The notes under the pieces were generated by a model. That model worked only from the letters and a program-made list of their open reading frames with translations. It was not told where the DNA came from and did no database searches. A program made the translations under genes and the position numbers. Shown one piece after another: positions 9,277 to 19,068 of a DNA stretch of 64,000 bases; within the stretch, counting starts at the first letter, position 1; each line of letters starts with the position of its first letter. The stretch is from Nitrospiraceae bacterium (GTDB lineage Bacteria > Nitrospirota > Nitrospiria > Nitrospirales > UBA2166), in the NCBI GenBank assembly GCA_002726235.1, contig PBSN01000012.1:1-64000 (forward strand). The letters are read 5' to 3'.

Positions 9277-9788
9277 TCCTCAGGCAACTTGGCATTTGGG
9301 ACTGTTGGAACTCGATCCCCCAATGTCATACGCACAGTTTTTTCAGAAGCCTGTGAGGTGGCTCACGGAATCACCCGAACACGCACAATAGCACGCACAA
9401 TAGAATGGGTAGCGTAACGGCTGATTAATTTAGGCTTGGCTGGAAGCCTGGACTATGGAGTGAAAAGACACGAACCATGGGTGCAGTATTTCAATATTTT
9501 TGATGGTGTTGAGCACGGAACGGAACTCGAATATTCAAAGCCTTGACTGGGGTAGGGTGAGCTGTCCTCCACAACCCCGTTATCCATGGATATGCGTTAG
9601 GATCAAGTCACGGACAAAGCGCGGTGACAGTGAGTGTCTATGGCAATGACCGTTAAGATAACTTTCCTATGTGTATGTGCCGACCAATGTGTATTTGTTC
9701 GTCCTTTTTACTTTTGCGTTTCGTGATTGTGCCCTGCTGAGGCAACACGTTTCACACGTTGAGCGTACTAGTGCCACTTCTAGCGTTT

Positions 9789-10010
9789 TTATTCTACAGG
9801 CGGAGTAGTTAGGGGACGGGTTGAGCTTTTGAGACTACGAAATCCAAAAACGGAAAGACTTCCTGCGACAACAACAGTAATCCAAGATGCCCACACTGGA
9901 AACGACCACGCGCTGATTGATACGGTCCATCCCATTGATGCACGAATAAGGTGGATCAATGCGACTGTACCAAAAATGGCAGCTGAAATGACGGTATACC
10001 TATTGTTCAT
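9789..10010 (-). CDS. Small two-TM membrane protein
   Basis: Two hydrophobic helices (IFGTVALIHLIR; PVWASWITVVVAG), AGGAGG RBS. Confidence 0.75.
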   Translation of the reverse strand: MNNRYTVISAAIFGTVALIHLIRASMGWTVSISAWSFPVWASWITVVVAGSLSVFGFRSLKSSTRPLTTPPVE

Positions 10011-10075
10011 GATGTCCTCCTTTGCCGAACGTATGTGCCGATCTGATCAGCAACGTCATGTTCGATCGCTGACGG

Positions 10076-10324
10076 TCATTCGACAATGCGCAATGCTATA
10101 TAAGGGACAAGATTGAACAGGATGATGCCTGCCTTGAAGAGTCCAAGGCCTGCATAGTTAAACGTGTTAAAGTGTTCTTCCGACAACTGCTTGATGAACC
10201 ACTTTTTCTGTAGGAGATATACCCAATCGTGGGCTAGTCTGATCCACAGAAACCACCATAGCAGAATGCCGAAGTTGATAACCGTGCACCATCCTAACAC
10301 TTCACGAATGAACTCAATGGTCAT
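10076..10324 (-). CDS. Small membrane protein (DUF6868-like)
   Basis: LGWCTVINFGILLWWF...HDWVY...FNLVPYIALRI pattern, GGAGGAG RBS. Confidence 0.75.
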   Translation of the reverse strand: MTIEFIREVLGWCTVINFGILLWWFLWIRLAHDWVYLLQKKWFIKQLSEEHFNTFNYAGLGLFKAGIILFNLVPYIALRIVE

Positions 10325-10578
10325 TGCTCCTCCCCGAATTCAGGTAGTGGCCCATCACCATTCGCAACGCATGAGACGATAAGGGACCGTGTGGCAAACA
10401 ACAAACATGCATTGCGTACTGATACGAGTAGTGTACGCCTCATGGGAACGCGATTCAATGTTTGTTGCATGCTAGGAGAAAGTACATTCGCTGGAGTACG
10501 CGTAGGTATCTTGGCGGTAACGTTCAGGCACTCGCGCTCTCAGTGAAAAGGAGAACGCTTACATTGCAACTGAGGAGT

Positions 10579-10619
10579 ATAAATGTGAAGAGCTGGGTAT
10601 CCCCGCTCTTCACATTTAT
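10579..10619. terminator. 15-bp perfect inverted repeat downstream of the collagen-like gene
   Basis: ATAAATGTGAAGAGC...GCTCTTCACATTTAT. Confidence 0.65.
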
Positions 10620-10634
10620 GGGGTAAGTAAGAAA

Positions 10635-11096
10635 CTATTCGGTGGAGACGACCGCACAAACCAGCGTGAGTTCTACAAAGCTGACTGGTGGGCATCCATT
10701 ATCATTGGTGCAAGTAACCCATCCTCCCCACGTTGAATTGTTGAGGGGTTTGTTATTTCTCACTACATACCCGTCGGGCAGAAAAAACCATCCTGCCGAA
10801 AACACATTGCTGCCTTCAGGGCAGCTTCCTTTAAAGCCGTTTTTATCATTAACGGGCACAGTGATGTCGACTTGAGTGTAGCCAGAAAGGCCAGAAGTGC
10901 CTTGGGGGCCTTGCGCTCCTTGGAGGCCTTGCGCTCCTTGGGGACCCTGTGTGCCTTCCGTTCCTTGCTGACCTTGAGAACCCTGTAGTCCGTCTGGGCC
11001 TGGCGGTCCCACCAGTAGATCAGATAGTGCACATCCCTGCAGAACCAAGCAGGATAAGACAACGCCAAAACCATTCAGGACAGTTCGTTTCAACAT
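10635..11096 (-). CDS. Collagen-like (Gly-X-Y) lipoprotein
   Basis: Start reassigned to ATG 11096 (GGGAGGT RBS); lipobox LQG-C; about 14 G-X-Y triplets (GPPGPDGLQGSQGQQG...); Cys-containing C-terminal domain. Confidence 0.8.
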   Translation of the reverse strand: MLKRTVLNGFGVVLSCLVLQGCALSDLLVGPPGPDGLQGSQGQQGTEGTQGPQGAQGLQGAQGPQGTSGLSGYTQVDITVPVNDKNGFKGSCPEGSNVFSAGWFFLPDGYVVRNNKPLNNSTWGGWVTCTNDNGCPPVSFVELTLVCAVVSTE

Positions 11097-11447
11097 ACGC
11101 ACCTCCCAATTAGGAACTACCGCTGGTCTCTCAAGTACCTCTATACAGGGGGGATGATACACTTTGGGGTATCGTAAAATCAACGTTTTTTGCTTAAGCC
11201 ATGCTCCATATTTTCCGAATTCTTTTCTGGGAATGAGAGGATAGCATTCATCCATGAGCGAGTAAACGGATGAAAATCTTTGTCAAGACACGTCTTGTGG
11301 ATGGGGCATTGTAAGTAACATCATTGAATGAGGTGATAAAATGTCCACCACGTTAAGGACGGTTTGTGATGGACAAAGCTTGAGTAGATTGTTGTACGGA
11401 GTGTACGCGATTCCCAACTGCGTTGCCTGTTTCTTTTTGGGTAACGG

Positions 11448-12236
11448 ATGTCAAGATTCGTTTGCATAGGGTTCGCCATGGCGCTTGTCTTAAGTGCCTG
11501 TGGGGATTCAAGCGAACATGGAGCAGAAATCACTGCGTCCAGTATCACGGGCTCGGGAGACAACGGATCTGTAGTAGATAATGGTGGCGATGTTTTCGAG
11601 GTCATGGTCGTAGAACTCACTGATGGTTCCTATGTGTGTAGTCCGTCCGGCCAAGGACTATTCCCCGGTGTGCTCTACAACCATGGCGGGCTAGGTACGG
11701 CAATTGGAGGTGATTTGAAAGGAACCTGTCAGGCATTGGCAGAAGCCGGTTTCCTTGCCCGCTCGGAGAAGCGACCAGAGACCGTACCACTCGTAGGGCA
11801 TCTTGATGAGGTCTTGGCCGGTCTTGATATGCTTCGATCCCATGCGAAGATCGACCCGAGCCGCGTTGGCATCATGGGATTTTCGCGTGGAGGCTTGTTG
11901 ACCCTACAGGCTGCGATTGCTAGGCCTAATGATGTCCACGCTATCCTGATATTGGCACCGGCGTCTGGGAGGGGGGGGCTGCGACAAGCGCTTGAAAATG
12001 CATTGCCCATCTCAGCGCCCCTCAGCATCCATGTTTCAGAAAACGACCTGCTTCGGGCGAACCATGTTCAACTCTCCCGTGATGTTGAGAATGCATTACG
12101 GGAAATAGGCAAAGATGTTGAGCTGACAATCTACCCGCCCTTTGGCGAAGATGGACATCGACTATTCTTCGAAGTCAGGGACCCATATTGGAGCGATGTC
12201 ATCGCGTTTCTCGACACCACAATCGGTAGCCTGTAG
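11448..12236 (+). CDS. Dienelactone hydrolase-family alpha/beta hydrolase lipoprotein
   Basis: Lipobox LSA-C, YNHGG, GFSRGG nucleophile elbow, END and DGH catalytic residues. Confidence 0.85.
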   Translation: MSRFVCIGFAMALVLSACGDSSEHGAEITASSITGSGDNGSVVDNGGDVFEVMVVELTDGSYVCSPSGQGLFPGVLYNHGGLGTAIGGDLKGTCQALAEAGFLARSEKRPETVPLVGHLDEVLAGLDMLRSHAKIDPSRVGIMGFSRGGLLTLQAAIARPNDVHAILILAPASGRGGLRQALENALPISAPLSIHVSENDLLRANHVQLSRDVENALREIGKDVELTIYPPFGEDGHRLFFEVRDPYWSDVIAFLDTTIGSL

Positions 12237-12415
12237 CCATACTGTGGATTATACTGGTATCGTTGACCACGCAGTTTGTTTTTTGGTAGCATGCGCCCCT
12301 GTTTGGACTGGTAATTAGAGCTCATGAGCGAAGGCGAGTGGTATTTTGCCTTGCACGCCGAGTAACGTGAGTCATAAGTGATACTCCTCAAAAGCTGTTC
12401 GGGTACGGGGAATCA

Positions 12416-13378
12416 ATGCCAAAGTTGATGGTAGAAGCTCGCGATCTCTATAAGAGTTTTGGTGAAACCCAAGCGGTTGACGGGGTCTCATTCTCTGTAC
12501 CTATTGGCCAAGTCGTTGGGTTTCTTGGTCCCAATGGCGCGGGGAAAACCAGTACGCTCCGCATGTTTGCGGGGTACTTAGAGCCGACCAAAGGCCAGGC
12601 CATCATCGACGGAGTGGCTGTGAGTGACGATCCTCTGCTGGCGCGCGAGAAGATCGGCTATCTGCCTGAGAATTGTCCCCTCTATGACGATATGATGGTG
12701 GTGGATTTTCTCCGCTTTGTTGCTGAGGTTCGTATGATTCCGCCATCTCAGCAGGATGCCAGGTTGCGGCTGGTGTGTGATCGATGTGGAATTTTGTCGG
12801 TCTTGGGAAAGGATATTGGCCAGCTTTCAAAAGGCTATCGGCAACGAGTCGGACTTGCGCAAGCGATCGTGGGGGATCCGGACCTGTTGCTTCTCGATGA
12901 ACCCACTTCGGGTCTTGACCCCAATCAGATTCTTGAAATTCGTGCCTTGATCAAGGAACTTGGCAAGGAGAAAACGATCATTCTGTCGACGCACATTCTT
13001 CCCGAAGTTCAGGCGTCTTGCGACCGTGTCATCATCATCTCAGATGGAAAACTTGTGGCCGATGACACTCCGGATGCATTGATGACCAAGGGAACCGCTT
13101 CCCGCGTTAGCATGCTTTTTGGGCCGATGGATAGTGCGACGGTTGATGTTCACCGCATTCGCGAGATTCTTGCCGATATTCCGGAAACTCGAAGTGTGTC
13201 TTCACGGCCCGGTGAAGGTGATGGAACGCTTGGGTTCTCGGTTGATGTTGGTGGTGATGGTGATGCGCGGTCGGCATTGTTTCAGACCGTGGTGCAGCAC
13301 GGTCTGCCTTTGTTGGAGATGCACCGTGAGCAAGTCAGTCTTGAAGAAACGTTTCGCAAATTGACGCAAGGTGATTGA
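12416..13378 (+). CDS. ABC transporter ATP-binding protein (GldA-like)
   Basis: Walker A GPNGAGKT, signature LSKGYRQR, Walker B LLLLDEPT. Confidence 0.92.
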   Translation: MPKLMVEARDLYKSFGETQAVDGVSFSVPIGQVVGFLGPNGAGKTSTLRMFAGYLEPTKGQAIIDGVAVSDDPLLAREKIGYLPENCPLYDDMMVVDFLRFVAEVRMIPPSQQDARLRLVCDRCGILSVLGKDIGQLSKGYRQRVGLAQAIVGDPDLLLLDEPTSGLDPNQILEIRALIKELGKEKTIILSTHILPEVQASCDRVIIISDGKLVADDTPDALMTKGTASRVSMLFGPMDSATVDVHRIREILADIPETRSVSSRPGEGDGTLGFSVDVGGDGDARSALFQTVVQHGLPLLEMHREQVSLEETFRKLTQGD

Positions 13379-13397
13379 GTAGGTTGAGGACCCACGT

Positions 13398-14114
13398 ATG
13401 ATATTTGTACGCCGTACATTGAGCATTGCAAAACGAGAATTCCAGAGCTACTTTAACTCTCCCATCGCGTATATCGTGATCGGCGTATTCTTGCTTCTGT
13501 CTGGCTGGTTCTTTTTTACGCCGCTATTTCTGGCTGGGCGCTCTACCCTTCGCGGGTTTTTTTCGTTTACCCCAGTTCTGTTCATCATGTTTATTCCTGC
13601 GATTACTATGCGATTGCTTGCAGAAGAAGTGAAAACCGGAACACTTGAATGGCTAACCTCAATGCCGCTGCGTGATCTTGAAGTGGTGCTCGGAAAATTC
13701 CTTGCGGCGCTTGGATTCATTGCGGTTGCACTTGCCATTACCATTCCCTATCCGATTTCTGTAGATATGATCGGGGCGCTTGACTGGGGGCCGGTAATCG
13801 GGGGGTATTTGGGGTTGCTTCTGTTGGCTGGGGCATTTCTTGCGGTGGGGCTCTTTGCGTCAAGTCTGACGGAAAATCAGATTGTGGCCTTTATTATAGG
13901 CGTCACCTTCTGTTTTACGCTCTATATGGTGGACAAAGTCCTGTTTTTCCTGCCGGAGCAGCTTGGCGCGATTTTTCAATATCTCTCAGTCGACTACCAC
14001 TTTCGAAATATTGCCAGGGGCGTGATTGATACTCGCGATATCATTTTTTATTTTGGCCTGATGATTGTTGCACTCTTTCTCACCATGGAATCTTTGAAAC
14101 GACGTCATGCTTGA
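13398..14114 (+). CDS. ABC-2 type permease (GldF-like)
   Basis: YFNSPIAY, PAITMRLLAEE.KTGTLE, RGVIDTRD motifs; six TM segments. Confidence 0.9.
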   Translation: MIFVRRTLSIAKREFQSYFNSPIAYIVIGVFLLLSGWFFFTPLFLAGRSTLRGFFSFTPVLFIMFIPAITMRLLAEEVKTGTLEWLTSMPLRDLEVVLGKFLAALGFIAVALAITIPYPISVDMIGALDWGPVIGGYLGLLLLAGAFLAVGLFASSLTENQIVAFIIGVTFCFTLYMVDKVLFFLPEQLGAIFQYLSVDYHFRNIARGVIDTRDIIFYFGLMIVALFLTMESLKRRHA

Positions 14115-15789
14115 GTCACCGTCAAGATCGCAAAGCACAAAAAAGCGTGTTGATCGAACTACCTACGGGTTGGCCATCATCGGCATCGTTATCCTTGTGA
14201 ATATTTTAGCTGTTGGGTGGTTTGCACGTGTCGATCTGACCGAAGAGGGGCTTTACACTCTCTCTGATGCCTCGCGAGCCACCGTGGGAAATCTCGAAGA
14301 TCCGGTTTCCATCCGGGCGTATTTTACCGCGGATCTTCCAGCGCCGTACTCGTCGACGTCACGGTATGTTAAAGACCTGCTGGATGAATACGCCACATAC
14401 TCTCATGGAATGCTACGGTATCAATTCATCGATCCTGTTGAGGAGGAGACGGAGGAGGACAAAGCCAAGAAAAAAGCGTTTAGCCAGGATATTTTTGGGC
14501 GGACCATTCGTGAACGAACGGATAAAGAATATGAGCTATTGAGCTTGGGCATTCCACCAGTACAAATTCAGGTCAACGAGGGGGACAAGCTTGAGGTCAA
14601 ACAGGCTTATATGGGAATCTTGCTTCGGCATGGCGACAAGCAGGAAGTGATCCCCTTGGTTCAAGATACGGCAGGTCTTGAGTACGACCTGACGTCTTTA
14701 ATTCGCAAGCTGGTTCGTCCAAAGACGCCTGAAATTGCATTCATTACCGGCTCTGAAGGTTCGGATTTGCGGCGAGAGTTGGGACGAACCTATGGGCGAA
14801 TGGAAGAGTTGTATAACGTCAGAGAAGTTGATCTGTCTCAGGAACAGGAAATCGAAGATACCATCGACGGGATCATCATCGTGGGAACCTCCACCCCGTT
14901 TAGCGATGTGGAACAACGCACTATCGATCAATTTATCATGAGTGGCAGGGGTGCTGCGTTTCTTCTTGACCGGATTAGCGTCGACGTGCGGACACTGAAT
15001 CAGGAGCCTGTGGATCATGGGCTTGATCGGGTGCTTGAACACTATGGGGTAAAGGTTGGAGATGGGTTAGTACTTGATGTTGAATCATCGATGGTGAATG
15101 TGTCACAACAACGACGTTTTATGCAGCTTGCTCAGCCGGTTCACTATCCGTATATTCCCGTTCCGAGACAACTGGATCCAGAGCATCCGCTAACACGTGG
15201 GTTGATTGGCGTCAGCTTTCCGTTTGTGAGTCCGCTTGAGAATGTTGCGTTGCAAGACTCTGGTTCAGCCATTGATATGTTGGTGACATCGTCCGAACAA
15301 AGTTGGATACGGCAACGACCGTTTGAGCTCCATCCGCTGCAAGAGTGGGGAGCGGGAGGCATTGAATTCGAAGGCAAACAGAATCTTGTCGCGACTATCT
15401 CAGGGCCACTTAAGACTGCTTTTGATGAGCCATCCGATGTCGCGGTGAGTGAGGAATCCGTATTGAGTGCGGTCCCAGAACCACGATTGACGAAAACCGA
15501 TCATGCGAGGGTTGTGGTGGTTGGCGGGTCCTCAATCCTTCGTGATAAGTATACCTCTGAGTCGAACCAGGCATTCGTTCTGAACCTTTTGGATTGGATG
15601 TTGCTGGATGATGCGATGCTGTCGATTCGGACGCGAGGGTTAACGGTTGCTCCTCTCAACGAAGTGTCTGATACGGCTCGCAATGCCATAAAATATCTTA
15701 ATATGCTGGGGCTACCTGCGGCGTTGGTTGCATTTGGTCTTGTGCGGTGGCGTATTCGAGAAGCTCGGCGTCGTGGACTGACACTGTAG
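14107..15789 (+). CDS. GldG-family ABC transporter auxiliary protein
   Basis: RVDLTEEGLYTLS, LEYDLTSLI, NLLDW motifs; N- and C-terminal TM helices. Confidence 0.88.
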   Translation: MLESPSRSQSTKKRVDRTTYGLAIIGIVILVNILAVGWFARVDLTEEGLYTLSDASRATVGNLEDPVSIRAYFTADLPAPYSSTSRYVKDLLDEYATYSHGMLRYQFIDPVEEETEEDKAKKKAFSQDIFGRTIRERTDKEYELLSLGIPPVQIQVNEGDKLEVKQAYMGILLRHGDKQEVIPLVQDTAGLEYDLTSLIRKLVRPKTPEIAFITGSEGSDLRRELGRTYGRMEELYNVREVDLSQEQEIEDTIDGIIIVGTSTPFSDVEQRTIDQFIMSGRGAAFLLDRISVDVRTLNQEPVDHGLDRVLEHYGVKVGDGLVLDVESSMVNVSQQRRFMQLAQPVHYPYIPVPRQLDPEHPLTRGLIGVSFPFVSPLENVALQDSGSAIDMLVTSSEQSWIRQRPFELHPLQEWGAGGIEFEGKQNLVATISGPLKTAFDEPSDVAVSEESVLSAVPEPRLTKTDHARVVVVGGSSILRDKYTSESNQAFVLNLLDWMLLDDAMLSIRTRGLTVAPLNEVSDTARNAIKYLNMLGLPAALVAFGLVRWRIREARRRGLTL

Positions 15790-15809
15790 CGATCGTACGG
15801 AATTCTCAT

Positions 15810-17204
15810 ATGCACAAACGAACCGTTATAGTCTTCGTGCTTTTCGTTGCCCTGCTGGGGTTGGTGATGATCACTGTCTTCAAACCCCAGGAACGAAATA
15901 TCAGTCGTCTGCTTATCCCCACAGTTCTGCCTGAGACAGTCGACAAAATCGCCTTTGATGCAGATGAAACATTTGAGTTACTGAAGGAAAGCGAGCAATG
16001 GGTTCTTGATGACGGACGACTTGCCGATCCTGAAATGATTGAGCGTGCATTGGAGAGCTTGGGGAATCTCGCCTCGACAGAATTGGTGTCGAGCAATCCA
16101 GAGAAACATGCCATCTATGAGGTTGATGAGGAAAAGGGCCATCGGGTAACGGTATTTGTTCAGAACCAGCCCGTGGTTGATTTCGTGATCGGGAAGGCGT
16201 CGACGTTTACCGGAATGTATGTGCGGCTGGCCGATACCGATGATGTGTATCTGGCCCAAGGTAGTTCCGTAAAATCATACTTTGCCTCGTCTAAAGCTGA
16301 CTGGCAGAGGTTGCAACTCTTTGATGAAAGCCTTGCGGATGTTGTGTCATTGGCGATGGTTTTGCAGGATGGCACTGGCCTTGACCTTGTGCAGGGTGAA
16401 AATAAGGAATGGGCACTCCGCGATATGTCTGTCCTTCCCAAAGGATTTCGATTTGACGGTTCCAGAGTACGATCCCTCGTCTCCGAGTTTCTGAATCTGA
16501 AGGCAAAGGAAGTCTTGGTCATGTCACCTGATCCTGCGGTCTCTGGCCTAGGCACTGATGGGAACGCAGACACGTATTCCCTCTCCTTGCGAAATGGTGT
16601 GACACATACGTTGCGTGTAGGCAACCTCGATTCTATACGGACGAGCAACCTGGATGAACAAAATCGTTACGCGCAGTTCGATGAAGACCGTCTCCTTTTG
16701 ATTGAGGTATTTAGGGCGGACAATCTTCGAAGAGCGCTCAATGATTTTCATGCGCTGAACCTCATGGAATTTGATCCCAACAACGTGACGCGACTGTCGA
16801 TCAAATCGAAAACAGAGCGACGCGCATTTGAGAAAAAAGGTGGTCAGTGGTCGGTGGCGGGTGACTCGGTTCAGCCCTCGCCAGATTTTGTCTTAAATGG
16901 GGCAGTGGTGGAGCGATCGATTCAGGAATTGTCTCGTGTAGTGGCGATGTCCCATCTTGAGAGTGTGTCACCCTCCGATAAAGACGGGTTGCGAGATCTG
17001 ACGTTTGAGATCGCGGTTGCACTTGAGTCAGATGAAACCATAACCTTGGTTCTTGGTGCCGAGTTGAAAGAACTTGGTGCCGAGTTGAAAGCAAGCGCGC
17101 AAACTGCTTATTACGCGCGAGGAAATACTGATGATGGCGCCTATCTTGTGACGGATCGAGCAGTCGCACAATTTATTGTCGCGGGGTTTGATCGCTGGAG
17201 ATAG
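15810..17204 (+). CDS. DUF4340-domain protein
   Basis: Start at ATG 15810 with N-terminal TM; repeated DUF4340-like units; typical fourth gene of gldAFG-like operons. Confidence 0.75.
   Translation: MHKRTVIVFVLFVALLGLVMITVFKPQERNISRLLIPTVLPETVDKIAFDADETFELLKESEQWVLDDGRLADPEMIERALESLGNLASTELVSSNPEKHAIYEVDEEKGHRVTVFVQNQPVVDFVIGKASTFTGMYVRLADTDDVYLAQGSSVKSYFASSKADWQRLQLFDESLADVVSLAMVLQDGTGLDLVQGENKEWALRDMSVLPKGFRFDGSRVRSLVSEFLNLKAKEVLVMSPDPAVSGLGTDGNADTYSLSLRNGVTHTLRVGNLDSIRTSNLDEQNRYAQFDEDRLLLIEVFRADNLRRALNDFHALNLMEFDPNNVTRLSIKSKTERRAFEKKGGQWSVAGDSVQPSPDFVLNGAVVERSIQELSRVVAMSHLESVSPSDKDGLRDLTFEIAVALESDETITLVLGAELKELGAELKASAQTAYYARGNTDDGAYLVTDRAVAQFIVAGFDRWR
17052..17093 (+). repeat. 21-nt tandem duplication (LGAELKE LGAELKA)
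   Basis: CTTGGTGCCGAGTTGAAAG(A/C)A occurs twice, in frame. Confidence 0.9.
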
Positions 17205-17261
17205 GCTGTGCTCCCTTCTCCCACGATCGGGAGAAAGGAGAATTGCAAGCCCTCCGTCGCG

Positions 17262-17903
17262 TTAGAGCGACTTCTTGCACAAGTAGAAATCGGTTTTCGC
17301 GTAGTCGCTCGCCAAGCGATCCGCTACTTCTTTTTCGGTTTTCGGTGGTGGGACGATAACCTGATCTCCCGGCTTCCAATTTACCGGGGTCGCACAGGCA
17401 TGTTGTTCGGATGTCTGGAGCGAATCCACTAACCGTATGATTTCATCGATATTTCGGCCGTTGGTCATCGGGTAGTAAATAATCGCCCGAATGGTTTTTT
17501 TCGGATCGATGAGGAACACTGCACGCACTGTTGCCGTTGCACTCGCTCCGGGGTGGATCATGCCGTATTTGTGGGCAACCGCCATGTTGAGATCAGCGAC
17601 CAGCGGGTAGGGAATTTCAACTTTGAGCTTTTCCTTTATATTCTGTGTCCAGGCAAGGTGAGCATGGATGCTGTCGATACTGAGTCCTATCAGTTTCACA
17701 TTGCGTTTTTCAAAGTCATCCTTACGTTTGGCGAACTCGGCCAATTCAGTTGTGCATACTGGAGTAAAATCAGCCGGGTGTGAAAACAGTACGACCCACG
17801 ATTTGTCAGCCCATTTGCTGAATGTAATTTCTCCATGCGTGGTCACTGCCGTAAAATCAGGCGCGGGATCGCCAATTTTCGGTAAGCTTATTGCCTCTGA
17901 CAT
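17262..17903 (-). CDS. Peroxiredoxin, Prx6 (1-Cys-type) subfamily
   Basis: FSHPADFTPVCTTE active site, GRNIDEI, TPVNWKPG. Confidence 0.95.
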   Translation of the reverse strand: MSEAISLPKIGDPAPDFTAVTTHGEITFSKWADKSWVVLFSHPADFTPVCTTELAEFAKRKDDFEKRNVKLIGLSIDSIHAHLAWTQNIKEKLKVEIPYPLVADLNMAVAHKYGMIHPGASATATVRAVFLIDPKKTIRAIIYYPMTNGRNIDEIIRLVDSLQTSEQHACATPVNWKPGDQVIVPPPKTEKEVADRLASDYAKTDFYLCKKSL

Positions 17904-18144
17904 CGTTCCTCCTTTACGGTTGTGGGTGTGGTTGATGTGACGATATTCAAACGACGAACTCCTCTCTGGTGATTACTTTATCAGATTCCATTGGGCTTAG
18001 CATGGGCTCCACTAGGGACTCAGGCACTTATGATTTCTGACATCCATTTTTTCTTGCTTCTATGGGAGGTGGAAAGTTTTTTTCGTAATAGGCTCACGAC
18101 AATCGATGGGTCATACGACCACCTTGTCATGCTGCCGTGGCAAC

Positions 18145-19068
18145 TCATTTCAATTTGCCAGCATAGATTTTCATGATCGTATCGAGAAACTTTAGAGCCG
18201 TACGTTTTTGTCGTTGAAATGAGTTTCGCCCGATAATTGACCCGTATCCTCCGCCTGTGCGGATGGCTCTGACTTCGTCGAAGATCTTTTTGTCGTCGCC
18301 TTTTGCTCCTCCAGAGAAAATGATGATCCTTCTGCCATCGAAGGTGCTTTGGACAACATGTCGAACTCGTTCGGCTGCCGTTGCAAGTGGTACTCTGCGA
18401 GCGGTATATATTTTTTTCGCTTCAGCCTGTTCGATGTGGGATGTCGGCATTTTCACTTTGACAATGTGCGCTCCAAGTTGCGCGGCAATCTGTGCGGCGT
18501 ATGCAACGACATCAATGGCTGTTTCGCCTTCTTTGCTGAGCCCTGCTCCACGCGGGTAAGACCAGACCACGACAGCGAGACCGTAGGATTTAGCTTCCTC
18601 GGCTATTTCACGCAGGTCTTCATACATATCTTTCGCGAAAGCGGACCCTGGATAAATGGTGTAACCGACAGCTGAGCATCCAAGACGTAATGCATCAGTG
18701 ACGCTGGCTGTTACTGCAGAACAGGGATTTTTGCTTGAGTAGAGGCTCTCACTGTTATTCATTTTTAGGATGAGCGGAATTTGGCCTGCAAACTCCGTTG
18801 CTCCGGCTTCCAGAAAGCCCAACGGGGCGGCATAGGCGTTGCACCCTGCGGTAATCCCAAATTCGAAATGGTAATGAGGGTTGTATCCGGGAGGATTAGG
18901 CGCAAAGCTTCGCGCGGGTCCATGTTCAAAACCTTGATCAACTGGTAAAATCACTAGTTTTCCGGTTCCTCCAAGAGTTCCATGGTTGAGCAAGCGTGAC
19001 AGGTTGGTAAGGATCCCAGGACTGGCGTCCTGATAATAGCCAAGAATTTCTTGAATACGAGCGTTCAC
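18145..19068 (-). CDS. fbaB: Class I fructose-bisphosphate aldolase (DhnA/FbaB family)
   Basis: ILPVDQGFEHGP, WSYPRG, HIVKVK Schiff-base Lys, GSIIGRNSFQR. Confidence 0.92.
   Translation of the reverse strand: MNARIQEILGYYQDASPGILTNLSRLLNHGTLGGTGKLVILPVDQGFEHGPARSFAPNPPGYNPHYHFEFGITAGCNAYAAPLGFLEAGATEFAGQIPLILKMNNSESLYSSKNPCSAVTASVTDALRLGCSAVGYTIYPGSAFAKDMYEDLREIAEEAKSYGLAVVVWSYPRGAGLSKEGETAIDVVAYAAQIAAQLGAHIVKVKMPTSHIEQAEAKKIYTARRVPLATAAERVRHVVQSTFDGRRIIIFSGGAKGDDKKIFDEVRAIRTGGGYGSIIGRNSFQRQKRTALKFLDTIMKIYAGKLK

Noticed and set aside
9379..9402. 12-nt direct repeat (CACGCACAATAG x2) upstream of the kelch gene
   Set aside because: Could be an operator or a slippage duplication; too little evidence to call
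4487..11096. Integron cassette array
   Set aside because: Co-oriented small genes, but no repeated attC-like sites (RYYYAAC...GTTRRRY) were seen and there is no intI
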